Shown: piece by piece, positions 10,916-23,135 of the stretch
Position numbering within the stretch: the stretch's first letter is position 1
How the letters are laid out: the number at the start of each line of letters is the position of its first letter
Assembly: GCA_965240325.2 (NCBI GenBank)
Contig: OZ251243.1
Coordinates: 310,001 to 374,000, forward strand
Length of the DNA: 64,000 nt
Reading direction: 5' to 3'
From: Rebecca billardiae RCC1528
Taxonomy: Eukaryota > Protista > Haptophyta
The notes under the pieces: model-generated
Databases searched by the model: none
The model's input: only the letters and a program-made list of their open reading frames with translations
What the model was told of the DNA's origin: nothing
Program-made: the position numbers and the translations under genes

Positions 10916-13037
10916 TGGCCCGCGGTGCAGGGCGGAGCGCGTAGCGTGGAGCCCCACCGGGGGCCCTCACTACGTTGTCAAAAAGATCTTTTGATCAAAG
11001 AAAAGGGGACGGGGGACGATTTTTAGGGTAGTTGGAGGGTGAGTTTTCGATTTTTTGAGGGGTACGGTACAATGCTGTCCATCCCAAGCTTAAAAGGCCG
11101 CGCCCGGGTCATTTCGCGTATGTCGTTGGACGGCCGTCACATTGTCAGTAAACGAATCTGCGCCATTGTGGTAATGCCCGGGGCCGGACTCCGCCCAGCA
11201 CCAGACAACAGTGATCCACTCCGGACTGGGCGGTCCGGCGATCGCTCCCGGCGATGAGTCGATGACCAGTGGACCTCTCGACCCGCAGTCAAACGCCGGC
11301 GACGCGGCGCGGGCGCGCAAGACAGATCCGAAATCCTGATTCCTGGACGCGCACGCGAACCGGCTCGGCATGCGGAACGCGTTGATGCGCTTGGGGACGC
11401 ACGACATCGGGCCGTTCTGAAACGACACCGGGCGAAACTCTACCGCGTGCACGCGCGGACCGGCGGACCGCAGGCCGCGGCGTGACGACTGCGACACTGC
11501 GCGACGCGAAGGCCAGCAGGTGCTGGCGCCGCAGATGGCGGTGCGGGCGTTCTGCCCGAGCTGCAACAACCCGCTGCTCTCGGGCCAGGTGCATCAGCGC
11601 ATCCAGGACCGCCGCTGCCACGTGCTAACCAAGGTGGTGGGCAAGTTGCGTGCGCCGAAGACACTAACTACGCGACCGTGTGCGAGCAAGGCGTGCCACT
11701 GAGATGATCGACACGGCGAAGCAGGTGGTGATCGAGGCGCTGAGCCTGATCATGGTGAGGCGCATCTTCTCGACCTGCCCGACGCGCAGACCACGCAGGC
11801 GTCGCTTCCGGGCGCGTGGGACTCGCGCACCAAGACGGTGTGGCGCGTGGACCCTGTCGCCAAGGCGGTCAACTCCGCCTGGCCGCTGGAGGTGGTCGCT
11901 CGCCGCGCCTGGCCAACCTGGTGCACGAGGGGCCAGCTGATGGCGGCGGTGGTGCCACCGATGAAGCTGATCTTCGTGCAGCGCAAGGACGCGTCGGGCC
12001 CGTTCTCCCACGTCGTGCTCAAGATCGTCTTCCGCGTCGCGACGATGAGCGTCGCTGCTCTGTGCGCGGCGCGCGCGCGCGCGCGCGCGCGCGACGGGCA
12101 CGTGGCGCGCCGACCAGCCGTACGGCGCTGACTGTTGACGCACCTCGCGCATGCGCTACCCCGGCCGCGCCGCCGCCGCCGCCGCGCAGGCATGCTCTCG
12201 TAGGAGGAGACGGCGGAGCTGCGCGCACACATGGCCGCGCGCGGCTCTCGGTCGGACGGTCGGCGATCACGGGCGCGCTGCCGGCCCGGCGCGCCGCTGA
12301 ACGACGAGTAGGCCGCGCTGGAGGAGTACGTCCGCCGCCGCGCTCCGCCTGCGCGAGCAGCGCTCCGCCGCGCCCGACCCGCTGGCCGAGCAGCTGCGCA
12401 GCGACCGCGCCATCGCAGAGCAGCTGCAGCGCGAGGAGATGGCGGCACGCGCGGGCGGCGCGCCCGTGACGCTGCACTCGGCCGAGGTCGACGAGGACGC
12501 GCAGATGGCGCTGGCGCTGCTGCTCGTGTGCGAGGCGTGCGACCAGGACACACGCGCGCTGCGCAACGCTGAGCGCCGGATCCGTTTTCGGCGCCGTAAG
12601 GTACGCAAGGCGCTGGCAGCGGAGCGCACCGGGGCGGCGGCGCATGCGCGCACGCGGCGCGCTCGCGGTCGATGCGCGGCAACTCCAACCGCCTCGGCAA
12701 GCGCAAGCAGCGGGACGATGGCGGCGCCGCGGCGGCGGGTGCGATGAACAAATCGGACGAGCGCGCCAAGTCCCGACGCATCGCCAACGCCGCCAAGCTG
12801 TTCGAGGACATGGACGGCGACGAGATCGCGGCCGCGGCGCACGCGGCGGGCAAGCTGGACTGCCAACTTGCGACGCGTCTCGCAGACTGCCACTGCCACT
12901 GGGCCTGGCCCATTATAAATCTTCATACGACATTGAGCAGCTACGACATTGAGCAGCCGAGCAGCCGACGGAGGGTGCACCGCGGGCCCCTAACTGCGTT
13001 GGTTCTACGGAAGGACCGCGGAACGCGGTCATATTAT
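10916..13037 (+). mobile_element. Non-autonomous Helentron/Helitron2-like element, copy 1
   Basis: 5' ggcccgcggtgca (10917-10929) has a subterminal inverted copy at 12976-12988, followed by the 3' hairpin gaccgcg-gaa-cgcggtc (13014-13030). Both ends are homologous to 61995-63650. Confidence 0.7.
11330..12900 (+). pseudogene. Fragmented gene of unknown function carried inside the element
   Basis: Coding-like GC3-rich pieces in shifting frames, separated by stops or frameshifts: FCPSCNNPLLSG, MKLIFVQRKDASGPFSHVVLKIVF, AEQLQREEM, GKRKQR..KSRRIANAAKLFEDM. Confidence 0.5.
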
Positions 13038-13118
13038 CTGGATATATCACAGCCAATCTTGAATATAACCAAATGAGAATTTCTCAAATTCTCAAAAGTT
13101 CGTAGCCTAAAGAGGGGT

Positions 13119-13197
13119 AAATCAATCAACGACGGCCGACGACGCGTCGAAATCGGAAATCAACATAATATCCTCGGCGGGCCGACTCAAGGTTCCA
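13119..13197 (+). repeat. 79-bp direct repeat, copy 2
   Basis: Identical to 7927-8005. Confidence 0.95.
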
Positions 13198-13215
13198 CAG
13201 CGTCGATGGGAGCTG

Positions 13216-14367
13216 CTACACGACCACGTGCGAGGGCCGCGTGGGCCGCGCGTGCATCAGCCGGACGGCCTCGTCGAAGCGCGCGGCGGCGTGCGCGTAC
13301 ACGACCTGCGAGCACGCGTTCAGCTCTGCGCCCACGCGCCGGCCGAGCGCCGCGCGCTGACTCGCCGACTCGAGGAAGGCGACGGGGCGCACGTTGCTGC
13401 GCATGAGCCCGAGCCGTCTGGGCGGCATGTCGAGGCCGACGCTGCGCAGCATGAGCGCCACCGCGTCGGCGAGCCGATCGACCGTGCCCACCACGTCCAG
13501 CTGCGCGAGCAGCCGCGCCGCCGGCGCCGCCACGTCCTCGGCGCACCGCAGCACGCGCGCGGCCTGCAGCTCAGCCAGCCAGTCCGAGTGCGCCGCGTCG
13601 GCGCGCTGCTGCGCGCGGAGGAGCCTGTCCGGCTCGAGCACCTTGCGCCGGGCGTCCTTGCGCGCGCCCAGCGCGGAGACCTCGCCCTCCGCGCGCGCGA
13701 GCGCCGCACGCGCCCGCTCGAGCCGCGGCAGGTCCGCTGGCGCGGGCGCGCGCCCGCCGGCGCCGTACTCGGCGCGGCGCGCGCGCTCGAGCCGGGCCGC
13801 CAGCTCTGGCAGCAGGTCGAGGCGGAGGTGCGTGTTCGAGCGGATGAGGAGGAGCTCGCGGTTCGCGCGGAGCCACTGCTCGCGCGTCATGTTGCGCCGC
13901 GCGCGCTGCTTCGAGAAGTACTCCGAGTCGCTCACCGCCATCGCGCCAGGCTCGCGCAGCACGGTGGCGGCGCCAAAGCGGCAGCCGCGCGCCTCGGCGA
14001 GCGCGCGCACGCGGCCGAGCTCGGCGACGAACTGGGGCAGGTGCGGCTTGCAGTGCACCTCGATGACGTACTTGCGGTGCGCCTGCAGGCTGCCAAAGTG
14101 CCGGCTGTTGTTCGACGCCCACGCGAGGCCCACCTCCCTGAGCGTCGTGCAGTGGTGCGTCACGTACCAGCCTCGCTCCTTGAAGTATTGGCGCACGCTC
14201 GTGCCGGCGCACTTGGGCACGTGCAGGAAGGCGAGCACGTGGCACGGGGGCGGCGGCGGCGGCTCCGCCTCCCCGCCGCCGAGCATCGCGGCGAGGATGA
14301 GCAGCGCACGCAGCGCGCCGCGGCCGCGCCGGCCTGTCGCCAACGGGGGCGCACGGGCGGACGCCAT
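13216..14367 (-). CDS. Golgi-type sulfotransferase (Sulfotransfer_2-like)
   Basis: Signal/anchor, then LAFLHVPKCAGTSV (5'-PSB), TVLREP...VS (3'-PB) and DVVGTVDRL. Confidence 0.8.
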   Translation of the reverse strand: MASARAPPLATGRRGRGALRALLILAAMLGGGEAEPPPPPPCHVLAFLHVPKCAGTSVRQYFKERGWYVTHHCTTLREVGLAWASNNSRHFGSLQAHRKYVIEVHCKPHLPQFVAELGRVRALAEARGCRFGAATVLREPGAMAVSDSEYFSKQRARRNMTREQWLRANRELLLIRSNTHLRLDLLPELAARLERARRAEYGAGGRAPAPADLPRLERARAALARAEGEVSALGARKDARRKVLEPDRLLRAQQRADAAHSDWLAELQAARVLRCAEDVAAPAARLLAQLDVVGTVDRLADAVALMLRSVGLDMPPRRLGLMRSNVRPVAFLESASQRAALGRRVGAELNACSQVVYAHAAARFDEAVRLMHARPTRPSHVVV

Positions 14368-14451
14368 GTGTTTCGTCATCGCTTTCTGAGCACATTTTGC
14401 TCAATAAGCCGGCGGCGGCGCGGGGGGCCGGTGACGGCTGCGGCGAGGGAG

Positions 14452-15796
14452 ATGGCCGCCTCATCGCGGGCAGCGTGGACACTCGCCTCGCTGTTGCTGC
14501 TCGCGCGCGCGCGCATCGGCGCGGCCGATTGCAGCGGCGCGCCCAACTGCCTCCTCATCTCCGAGTACTACGACGGCGCCGCCTCCGACCGTTACCTCGA
14601 GCTGTACAACGGGTGCGGCGCGGTGGTCGAGCTCTCGAGTTACCGGCTGAAGGTGTGCTGGAACGGCTGCCCGACGCGCACCAACTTGGTGGACCAGCTC
14701 ACCTTCGTGCTGCCCACGGGGGTCATCCTCAACGCGGGCGAGACGTTCGCGATCCCGCACCCGATGGCGGGCGCGCAGATCGAGGCCGCGCTGCCGGCGC
14801 AGGAGACAGCGCTCTGGTTTGTCGCCGGCTCGTGGCTCAACGGCACGGACTCGTACGCGCTCCAGTTCGGCACGACGATCATCGACACGCTGGGCGAGAC
14901 GACTGGCCACGACTCGGACGCGGTGGGCCGGCTGGGCATCGAGGTGGCGGGCGTGGCGGACGCGCTGACCAACCGGCGCGTCGTGCGCAAGGGCTCGGTA
15001 CGCCGCGGCAACTGCGGCGACTGGCTCAGCTCGCGCGGCGTCGACGCGGCCTCGTCCGAGTGGCGCGTGCTCGACGACAACCTCACGGACGTGGCGGGCT
15101 CGCTCGGCTCGCACGGCGCCGGCCCGCCCTCGCCGCCGCCACACCCGCCCGTGCCGCCCGCCTTCCCGCCCGGCACGCGGCGGTGCCACCGCGACTGCGT
15201 CTTCTTCTCCGAGTGGTACGAGGGAAATTCGTCCTCGGGCGTAACGGCGTGCTGCGACCGTTACGTCGAGGTGTACAACTCGTGCGCGGATGCAGTCTCG
15301 GCGGCCGACCTGGTGCTGCGGTACTGCGCCGACGCGTGCGCGGGCTCGGCGTGGGAGCGCGAGATCTCCCTGCACAACGGCACGGACGCGCCGCCGCCCA
15401 CCATCCAGCCGGGCGGCACGCTCGTGGTCGCCGACTATCGCGCGCAGTCCGCAGAGATCCGGCGCGTGGCGGACGTGCTGGTGTACGGGCTGGGCGACGG
15501 CGACGACGCGCTCTCGCTCTGGTGGCGGCAGGGCGACGTGCTGCTCGACCAGATCGGCTTCGTCGAGTCCGGGCTGCACAGCCCCGGCGGCTGGCCGGTG
15601 GCGGGGACCCCGCGGGCGACGGCCGCCCACAGACTGGTGAGAAGTCCGGGCGTGCGTGGCGGGAATTGCGGCGAGTGGGGTGCGACGGCGGACGCGGAGT
15701 GGGTGGTGCTGGAGCTGTCGGAGGGCGTGACGAGCCGCGGCGCGCACGACGAGGCGCCGCTGCCGCCGCCGTCACCGCCGCCGGCGCCGCCGGCGC

Positions 15797-15831
<35 letters not shown>

Positions 15832-16032
15832 GCGCTGCCGCCCTCGCCTCCGCCAAGCCCGCCGCCCTCGCGCCCGCCGTCCCCTCCGCCGAGCCCGCCG
15901 CCGAGCCCGCCGCCAAGCCCGCCGCCGCCCTCGCCGCCACCCGCGCCGCCACCCGCGCCGCCGCCCTCGCCGCCGCCCTCGCCGCCGCCCTCGCCGCCAC
16001 CGCCGCCCTTGCCGCCCTCGCCGCCGCCCTCG

Positions 16033-16064
<32 letters not shown>

Positions 16065-16366
16065 GCCCTCACCACCACCCAGCCCGCCCCCGGCGCCGCC
16101 GCCGAGCCCGCCGCCCTCGCCGCCACCCAGCCCGCCGCCCAGCCCGCCGCCATCCCCACCGCCCTCGCCGCCGCCCAGCCCGCCGCCCAGCCCGCCGCCG
16201 CCCTTGCCGCCGCCCTCGCCACCGTCCCCGCCGCCCTCGCCGCCCTCGCCGCCGCCCGCGCCGCCCTCGCCGCCTGCGCCGCCGCCCGCGCCGCCGCCCT
16301 CGCCGCCGCCCTCGCCGCCGCCCGCGCCGCCGCCCACGCCGCCCACGCCACCGCCGCCGCCCTCGC

Positions 16367-16401
<35 letters not shown>

Positions 16402-16501
16402 GCGCTGCCGCCCGCGCCGCCGCCGAGCCCGCCGCCCTCGCCGCCGCCGTCCCCTCCGCCGAGCCCTCCGCCGAGCCCGCCGCCGAGCCCGCCGCCGCCC
16501 T

Positions 16502-16532
<31 letters not shown>

Positions 16533-17952
16533 CTCGCCACCCGCCTCGCCGCCCTCACCGCCGCCCTCGCCGCCGCCCGCGCCGCCGCCCGCGCCGCCCG
16601 CGCCGCCGCCCGCGCCGCCCGCGCCGCCGCCGAGCCCGCCGCCCTCGCCGCCGCCGCCCTCGCCGCCGCCGCCGCCGCTGCCGCCGTCGCCGCCGAGCCC
16701 CATCTTGAACAAGCCGAGCTGCAGCGGCGCGCCCAACTGCCTCTTCATCTCCGAGTACTACGACGGCGCCGCCTCCGACCGTTACCTCGAGCTGTACAAC
16801 GGCTGCGAGAGCGTGCTCGACCTCGGCGCGTATCGCATGAAGCTCTGCTGGAACGGCTGTCCGACGCGCACCAACTTTGTCGACCAGCTCACCTTCGCCT
16901 TCTCGCCGACGGCCCTCAACCCGGGCGAGTCGAGCGCGCTGCTGCACTCGAGCGCGGGGCTGCTGATCCGCGACGCCGCGCCGCTGCGCTCGCTGCGCTA
17001 CGCGGGCGTCGCCGGCTCGTGGCTCAACGGCACGGACTCGTACGCGCTCCAGTTCGGCACGACGATCATCGACACGCTGGGCGAGACGACTGGCCACGAC
17101 TCGGACGCGGTGGGCCGGCTGGGCATCGAGGTGGCGGGCGTGGCGGACGCGCTGACCAACCGGCGCGTCGTGCGCAAGGGCTCGGTACGCCGCGGCAACT
17201 GCGGCGACTGGCTCACCTCGCGCGGCGTCGACGCGGCCTCGTCCGAGTGGCGCGTGCTCGACGACAACCTCACGGACGTGGCGGGCTCGCTCGGCTCGCA
17301 CGGCGCCGGCCCGCCCTCGCCGCCGCCGCACCCGCCCGTGCCGCCCGCCTTCCCGCCCGGCACGCGGCGGTGCCACCGCGACTGCGTCTTCTTCTCCGAG
17401 TGGTACGAGGGCGGCGGCAGCGCGTGCTGCGAGCGCTATCTCGAGATCTACAACTCGTGCCCAGATACAATCTCGGCGGCCGAGCTCGTCCTGCGCTACT
17501 GCGACGGGGTGTGCTCCGGCTCTGCGTGGGAGGGGGAGATCCCGCTGCGGAACGGCACGGACGCGCCGCCGCCCACCATACAGCCGGGCGGCACGCTCGT
17601 CCTCGCCGACTACCGCGCGCAGTCCGCCCCGATCCTCAACGTCGCCGACCTGCTCGTCGCCGGGCTGGGCGACGGCGACGACGCGCTCTCGCTCTGGTGG
17701 CGGCAGGGCGACGTGCTGCTCGATCAGATCGGCTTCGTCGAGTTCGACGCGCACAACCCGGGCGGCTGGCCGGTGGCGGGGACCCCGCAGGCGACGCGCA
17801 ACCACCGGCTCGTGCGCAAGCCGGGCGTGCGCACGGGCAACTGCGGCGACTTCGGCGGCTCGGCGGGCACGGTGTTCAACACTGAGTGGACGGTGGCTGA
17901 CTGGGACGAGACCGGAACCACCAACAGAGGGGAGCATCAGGAGGCGCCGCTG

Positions 17953-17990
<38 letters not shown>

Positions 17991-18031
17991 CTCGCCGCCG
18001 CCGAGCCCGCCCTCGCCGCCGCAGCCGCCCT

Positions 18032-18090
<59 letters not shown>

Positions 18091-19995
18091 CCCGCGCCGC
18101 CGACGCCGCCGCCGCTGCCAGCGCCGCCGCCGCTCCGCCCGCCCTCGCCGCCGAGCCCGCCCGACGCCAACGGGCCGTACACGCTCCGCCGCGCGCCCGC
18201 TCTGGTGTACGCGCCGCCGCCGACCGTGTGGGCGTCGGTGGGCGGCGTCGTCGTCGGCGCCATCCTCTTCGCCGCCGCGCTCGCGCTGTGCGCCGGCTCG
18301 GCGCAGGGCGGCGCGAGCGCGCGCACGCCGCTCGAGCCGGGCTGGCACGCGCTGCTGCCGCGCCGCGCGCCGTGGGCGTCCGCGCTCACGGCCTGGGCGT
18401 CTCTCTCGCTGCTCGTCGGCTGGATGCTCTGGCTGCCGGGCGAGGCGGACACGCGCGCCCAGCGGGTGGGCGTGCGCGCCGTCGGCGTGCTCGCCTGCGC
18501 CTGCGTCGTGCTGCTGCCTCCGCACGGGCTGATGCTCGCGCCCGCGGCCGCGCTCGCCGGCGCGTGCTGCGAGCTCGCGCTCACACGGCTCTTCAGCTGG
18601 GCTAACGCTCCGCCTCGGCTGCTGCTGCCGCCGCCGGGCGCGGCAGACGCGCCGCCGCCCGCCGGCGCGGAGGCGGAGGGCACGCCGCTGTGCCGCGCGG
18701 TGATCGAGCTGGCCACGCCGCCGGCCGCGCCCGGCGGCGCGGCCGCGGCGGGCACGGGCGCGCGCGGCCGCGAGCTCTACAGCTCGCTGGGGTGGAGCGC
18801 TGCCGCGGCGGCCTCGGCCGGCCTCGGCCGCGTGCGCGTGCCCGCGCGCGCGCTGGGCTCGCTCCTGCGCTCGCGCCCGCTGCTCTTCGAGGCTGTGGGC
18901 TTCTTCGGCGCGGCGCTCGAGGCGGAGGCGCGCCCGCCCGCCGCACTCAGCAGCTCGGCCTCTCGCCTCTCGCAATGGTCCGCCTCCTTCACCCACCGAG
19001 GCGCGGCGGCGGGGCCGGAGCGCGCGAGCGGCCGCGGCGCCGACGGGAGCGGCGCGCGCCACGCCGACTCGCCGCGCCTGGCGTCCGCGGCGCCGGGCGG
19101 CGGTGGCGCTGACGGCGCTGAAGGCAACGCGGAGGGCATGCCTGCCAGCCGCTTCGTGCGCGCGGTGCGCATCGTGGCCGTGGGGAAGGGTCCGACGCCG
19201 GCGGGCGCGGCGGGCGGCGGGCGCGGCGGCGGCGCGCAATCTCCCGCCGATCTCGTGGTGAGCGTCGAGTTCCGGCTCTCTGATTGGCCGGAGGCGCTGG
19301 ACGCGCTGGCGCCAGCCGCGCGCGGCGGCGGCAGGCACCGCGGCGGGCGTGGCGCGGAGGCGCGCGCCGCAAGGCCGAGCAGCGTCCCTTGTCTGCTCTG
19401 GGCCGAGGCCAGCCGCGGCGCCGCCGAGGCCGCGCGCGCGCAGGAGGCGACGGCCGCGGCGGGCGGCGCGCGCGCCCTCAGCCACGCCGAGGCGGCGGCG
19501 GGCGCGTCGCGTGCGGAGCTCAGCAGCGCCACGAGCTGGGTGCCGCCGCAGGCCGTGCGCCGACGGCGGCGGTGGGCGTGGCTGGGCGTGGGCGCGTGCG
19601 CCGCCGCGTGCGCCGCGCTCATCTGCGTGCTGCTGCGTCTCCTCGCCCTCGCAGCCATCGCGGCCAACTGGCCGCGCAACGAGCTGTCGCGCTCCTTGCT
19701 CTCGCGCGCGCTGTGGAGCACAGTCTTCGCCCTCGCCGTGCGCACGCTCGTGGCCGAGCCGCTGGCCGTTGCGTGCCTGCTGCGGTTCGCGGCGGCGCGG
19801 CGCTCGCTCTCGCGCGCAGCCGGCCGCGGCGTGCCCGCCGAGCGCTCGGCGCTCGCCCCGCCGGGCACAGCGCCGCCGCCATCGACGCGCGGTGCGGCGT
19901 ACGCTCTGCTGCATCGGCGGCTGCGCGCGCCGCCGAGTGACCAGGCAGGCGGCGTGTCAGCAGCTGGGCGCGCTGACGCCGGAGGCCGAGTCTGA
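14452..19995 (+). CDS. Large cell-surface protein: signal peptide, 2x(LTD-LTD), extensin-like Ser-Pro spacers, multiple TM helices
   Basis: LLISEYYDG..DRYLELYN, LNAGET, NGTDSYAL and FSEWYEG..YVEVYN..GDGDDALSL are lamin-tail-domain-like motifs. Long (SPPP)n tracts; hydrophobic segments after about 18230. Confidence 0.75.
15757..16700 (+). repeat. Coding SPPP/APPP low-complexity tract
   Basis: ccgccgccctcg-type units spanning about 940 bp. Confidence 0.9.
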
Positions 19996-20062
19996 CCAGG
20001 CGCGCGCCCGGCGAGCACGATGATCTGGCCATGCTGCTGGCGCATCATCGTCAGCTGATCAA

Positions 20063-21876
20063 TAGGGGGTCCAAGCCAGCAGCCCACCGATTGGTGATAT
20101 TTGACAACCATGCCATGTAGGCGTCTGATGAGCGTGACGCTTGCGGAGTCACCCTCAAATATGTCCCAGAGCCCAGCCCAGCCGCCAGAAGCACTAAAAA
20201 CCGACTCCGCGTGTCGTCGCGCGGCCGCGCGCGCACGCAGCGGCGCCCGCTGTGTCACATAGAGATTCAGCCGAATGTTACCTACTTGTCATGGCAGCTA
20301 GATGACGATACGCGGTCGGACTTACTTATTGACAAGCGCTGCCCTCTATCCAGAGGATTTTATGGTGAAAATACCGAAAAAGTGGGGCACAATGCTGTGC
20401 GCGTAGACGTCCAATACGTCCATGAAAAACGACTCCAAGATCGAGCACATTACCCATTTAATTATGGGAATGTACCCGCATATAAGCACCATGTTACCCA
20501 CTATATATCGAATGCGGTTAATTTTGCCATATGTATTCAAGTGAGTGTCTATACATGGGTACCTTGCTCACTACTTGCTGGGTCATCCGAATACGGAGTA
20601 CTACGGCGCCGAGACGGCTCATGCCACTGGACTCAGCACATCAGTGAGTGCCGGCCCGCGAACGCGGGCCTGATGCCGGTGGCGGGCTGCACGTGCTGCG
20701 GCACACGGCCAACTCCGCCACTAAACATGCCGCCACCATCCCGGCGTGAGAGTCCTCTCCGCCGTCGAGGCTGGCGTGCGCAGACTAGCTCGCCATGTGC
20801 CGGGCGGCTTCCTTGCCCGTACTCAGGTGTCACCGGCACCGTCGCCGTTCGTCGTACCCCAGCCCACGCGAGGCCGCCGCCGGTCCACCTCTGCTGCGGC
20901 TACAGCGCTTGCAGTCGAGGCTGCTCCAGCTTACCTCTGACTCTGCGAGCTGCTCGGTGGCGAGCGTTGAGCTCTCTGCCTCCACTGCCGCGCCCAGCAG
21001 CACTCCTGCCCCGAGCATCATGCAGTCCGCGCGCTGCTCCAAGACGGCCGCCAACAGTGGCGCAGGCACTCCCGAGACGAAGACACGGTGTGCAGATGTG
21101 GCAGCGGTCATAGCGGAGCTTGGCGGCGCGCGTTTGCTCCGCAGCAAGCTTGACGTTCGTGACAAGGTGCACGCTCTTCGCCTCAGCGCAGCTCGGCTGC
21201 TGCATGCAGCCAAGCGGCACGCCAAGTGGCACAACAAACAAGCCGACACGTGCCGGCTGGAGCTTCTGGCGGTACTACTGTGAGCTGGAAGACAGGCCCC
21301 GCGCGTACACAGGGTCGCCGAGCTTGCTTACCACCCACGACTGCCGCGCACTCCCGTTTGCGAACGAGCGGCCAGCGATCGCGCGAGTGCATGCGCAGCG
21401 CGTGGGGAGGTGAGCACTGCACGCACCAGGCCGAGCGCCGGGGGGTCATTCATGCTCATCATGGACAAGCTAAACCAGGTGTAAACCAGCGCGCAGCGTG
21501 CACGCTTCACCTGAAACCGGGGCTGCGTTGTCCGCGCTCATCCGGATGAGAGTTCGAACGGCGCGCAGAGCGGGGCTGTGAGGTTCAAGATGTCCGGTGA
21601 GAGCGAGCTGCCAGCGATCATTTGGTCGACCGCTGTCATGGTGGCCACCCTGACTCGCCCGCCCGCGCGCCTCTGACGCCAGAGCGCGCTCCGCCGCGCC
21701 GACGCGACGATGAAGTCCACCGCCCAGGCGTGCTACTCGCCCGATCTCGGGCTCGACCGTGCTCTGAACGGCCGCGGCCCGTGCTGCCGCAATTCGAGGC
21801 AACAATGTTCGGAAATGGTCACCGCGAAATCGGTCAGTCGATTTTCGATTTTTAATTCCGCGGCTTGGACCCCCTA
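20063..21876. mobile_element. Non-autonomous TIR DNA transposon (15-bp TIR, 7-bp TSD)
   Basis: tagggggtccaagcc (20063-20077) and ggcttggacccccta (21862-21876). tgatcaa is directly repeated at 20056-20062 and 21877-21883. Confidence 0.8.
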
Positions 21877-23135
21877 TGATCAAGCTCGCGCGTATAGTAG
21901 CAGCTATATATAGTGGTTTGCTGTGCCGCGCGCCCGCCGTGCTCGGCGGTCCGATGAATAATAAATGATGATGAATCTCGTCAGGAGACTACTCAGGAGT
22001 CAGGACGGCCGATGACGTCAACTCGCACGGTGACGATGCTATACTACTACTGCATATGCGCATATATGTATATATAATTTATTATTACGACGTCGTAGCT
22101 TAGTAGTCGTGCGATCAGCATCATATCATCGGGCTGCGCTGCTGCTTGATATCCTAGTTGCTGATGCTGCGACCGGAGTCGTGATGACACAGTATCACAG
22201 ATGATCGCGGACGCGATGACAGTCGTCGACGACATCATCACATCAGCACACGCGCGTACTACACACGTACTACGACAGATGAGAGAGAGATCGAGCAGTC
22301 ATCAGCATCAGACGAGAGAGATATCAGAGAGAGAGTTGCAGAGAGAGTCGTGCCCGCCTCACTCGTGGCAGTAGTAGCGGCGTCCGACTACCCCGAAAGT
22401 GAAGACGACAGTGATGACGCGTCAGGGACATCGTAGACATCGTTGATGCGGCCGCCGGCTGTGATGGTCGCTGCTGCCGAGCTGGGGCTGCGCCGCGCCG
22501 GCCTTCATCATTCGTCGTCATCGGATCGTGCAGACGGCTGCGCTGCTACTACGATGACGATACGTCATGCATATGCACGCGATGATCGCGCGCGAGCTTG
22601 GAGCTTGGTGCTGCTGCCAGTAGTCGCGCGCAGGATGACGCCCGCGCATAGCGCTCGCGAGCTGGCACGCAAGCAGCAGGGCCAGCGCTCAAGTCAGGAA
22701 GCTGAGCAGTGGCAGCGTGGCGTGGCTGGCTGATACGAGACTCGTGAGGACCGACGCGCGTGCTGGCGTGGGCCGCCATTGTCGTCATCAACGAGGGAGC
22801 CAATCTGCGGCGGCATCGTAGTCGTATGACATACGTGTTCAGAGCTGAATCAGCCGCAGCAGGTCGTTGATGAGTCATCGTCAGTACCGGGCTGACTGAG
22901 CTATTTCTCACGATAAGGAACGCCTCCAGCTTGGTTGCGCCCGAGTGGTCCATCAGGCTGGTCGCGAGGTGCTCGACGGTGCCAGTAGGCCTGACGCAGT
23001 GAAGCCCATGTGCACCGTGATCGCGCCGAGGGACGACAGCACTGAGATGAGACCGAGGCGCGCCGTGACGCCGCCGTGAGTCGTGTTGATGTGACTGCGC
23101 GCTGGCGTTCTCTCTTCTTGCTGCGCGCACGCTGC

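Larger units (their letters stand above)
8006..13118. mobile_element. Composite 5.1-kb insertion (EsV-1-7 repeat gene + MITE + Helentron-like element) between 79-bp direct repeats
   Basis: Flanked by identical 79-bp repeats. Removing it leaves a short intergenic spacer between two co-oriented sulfotransferase genes. Confidence 0.65.

Noticed and set aside
21890-22800. GAT/GAC/TAG-rich intergenic tract as a structured RNA
   Set aside because: The same low-complexity texture occurs at most gene 3' ends in the window, with no defined structure.
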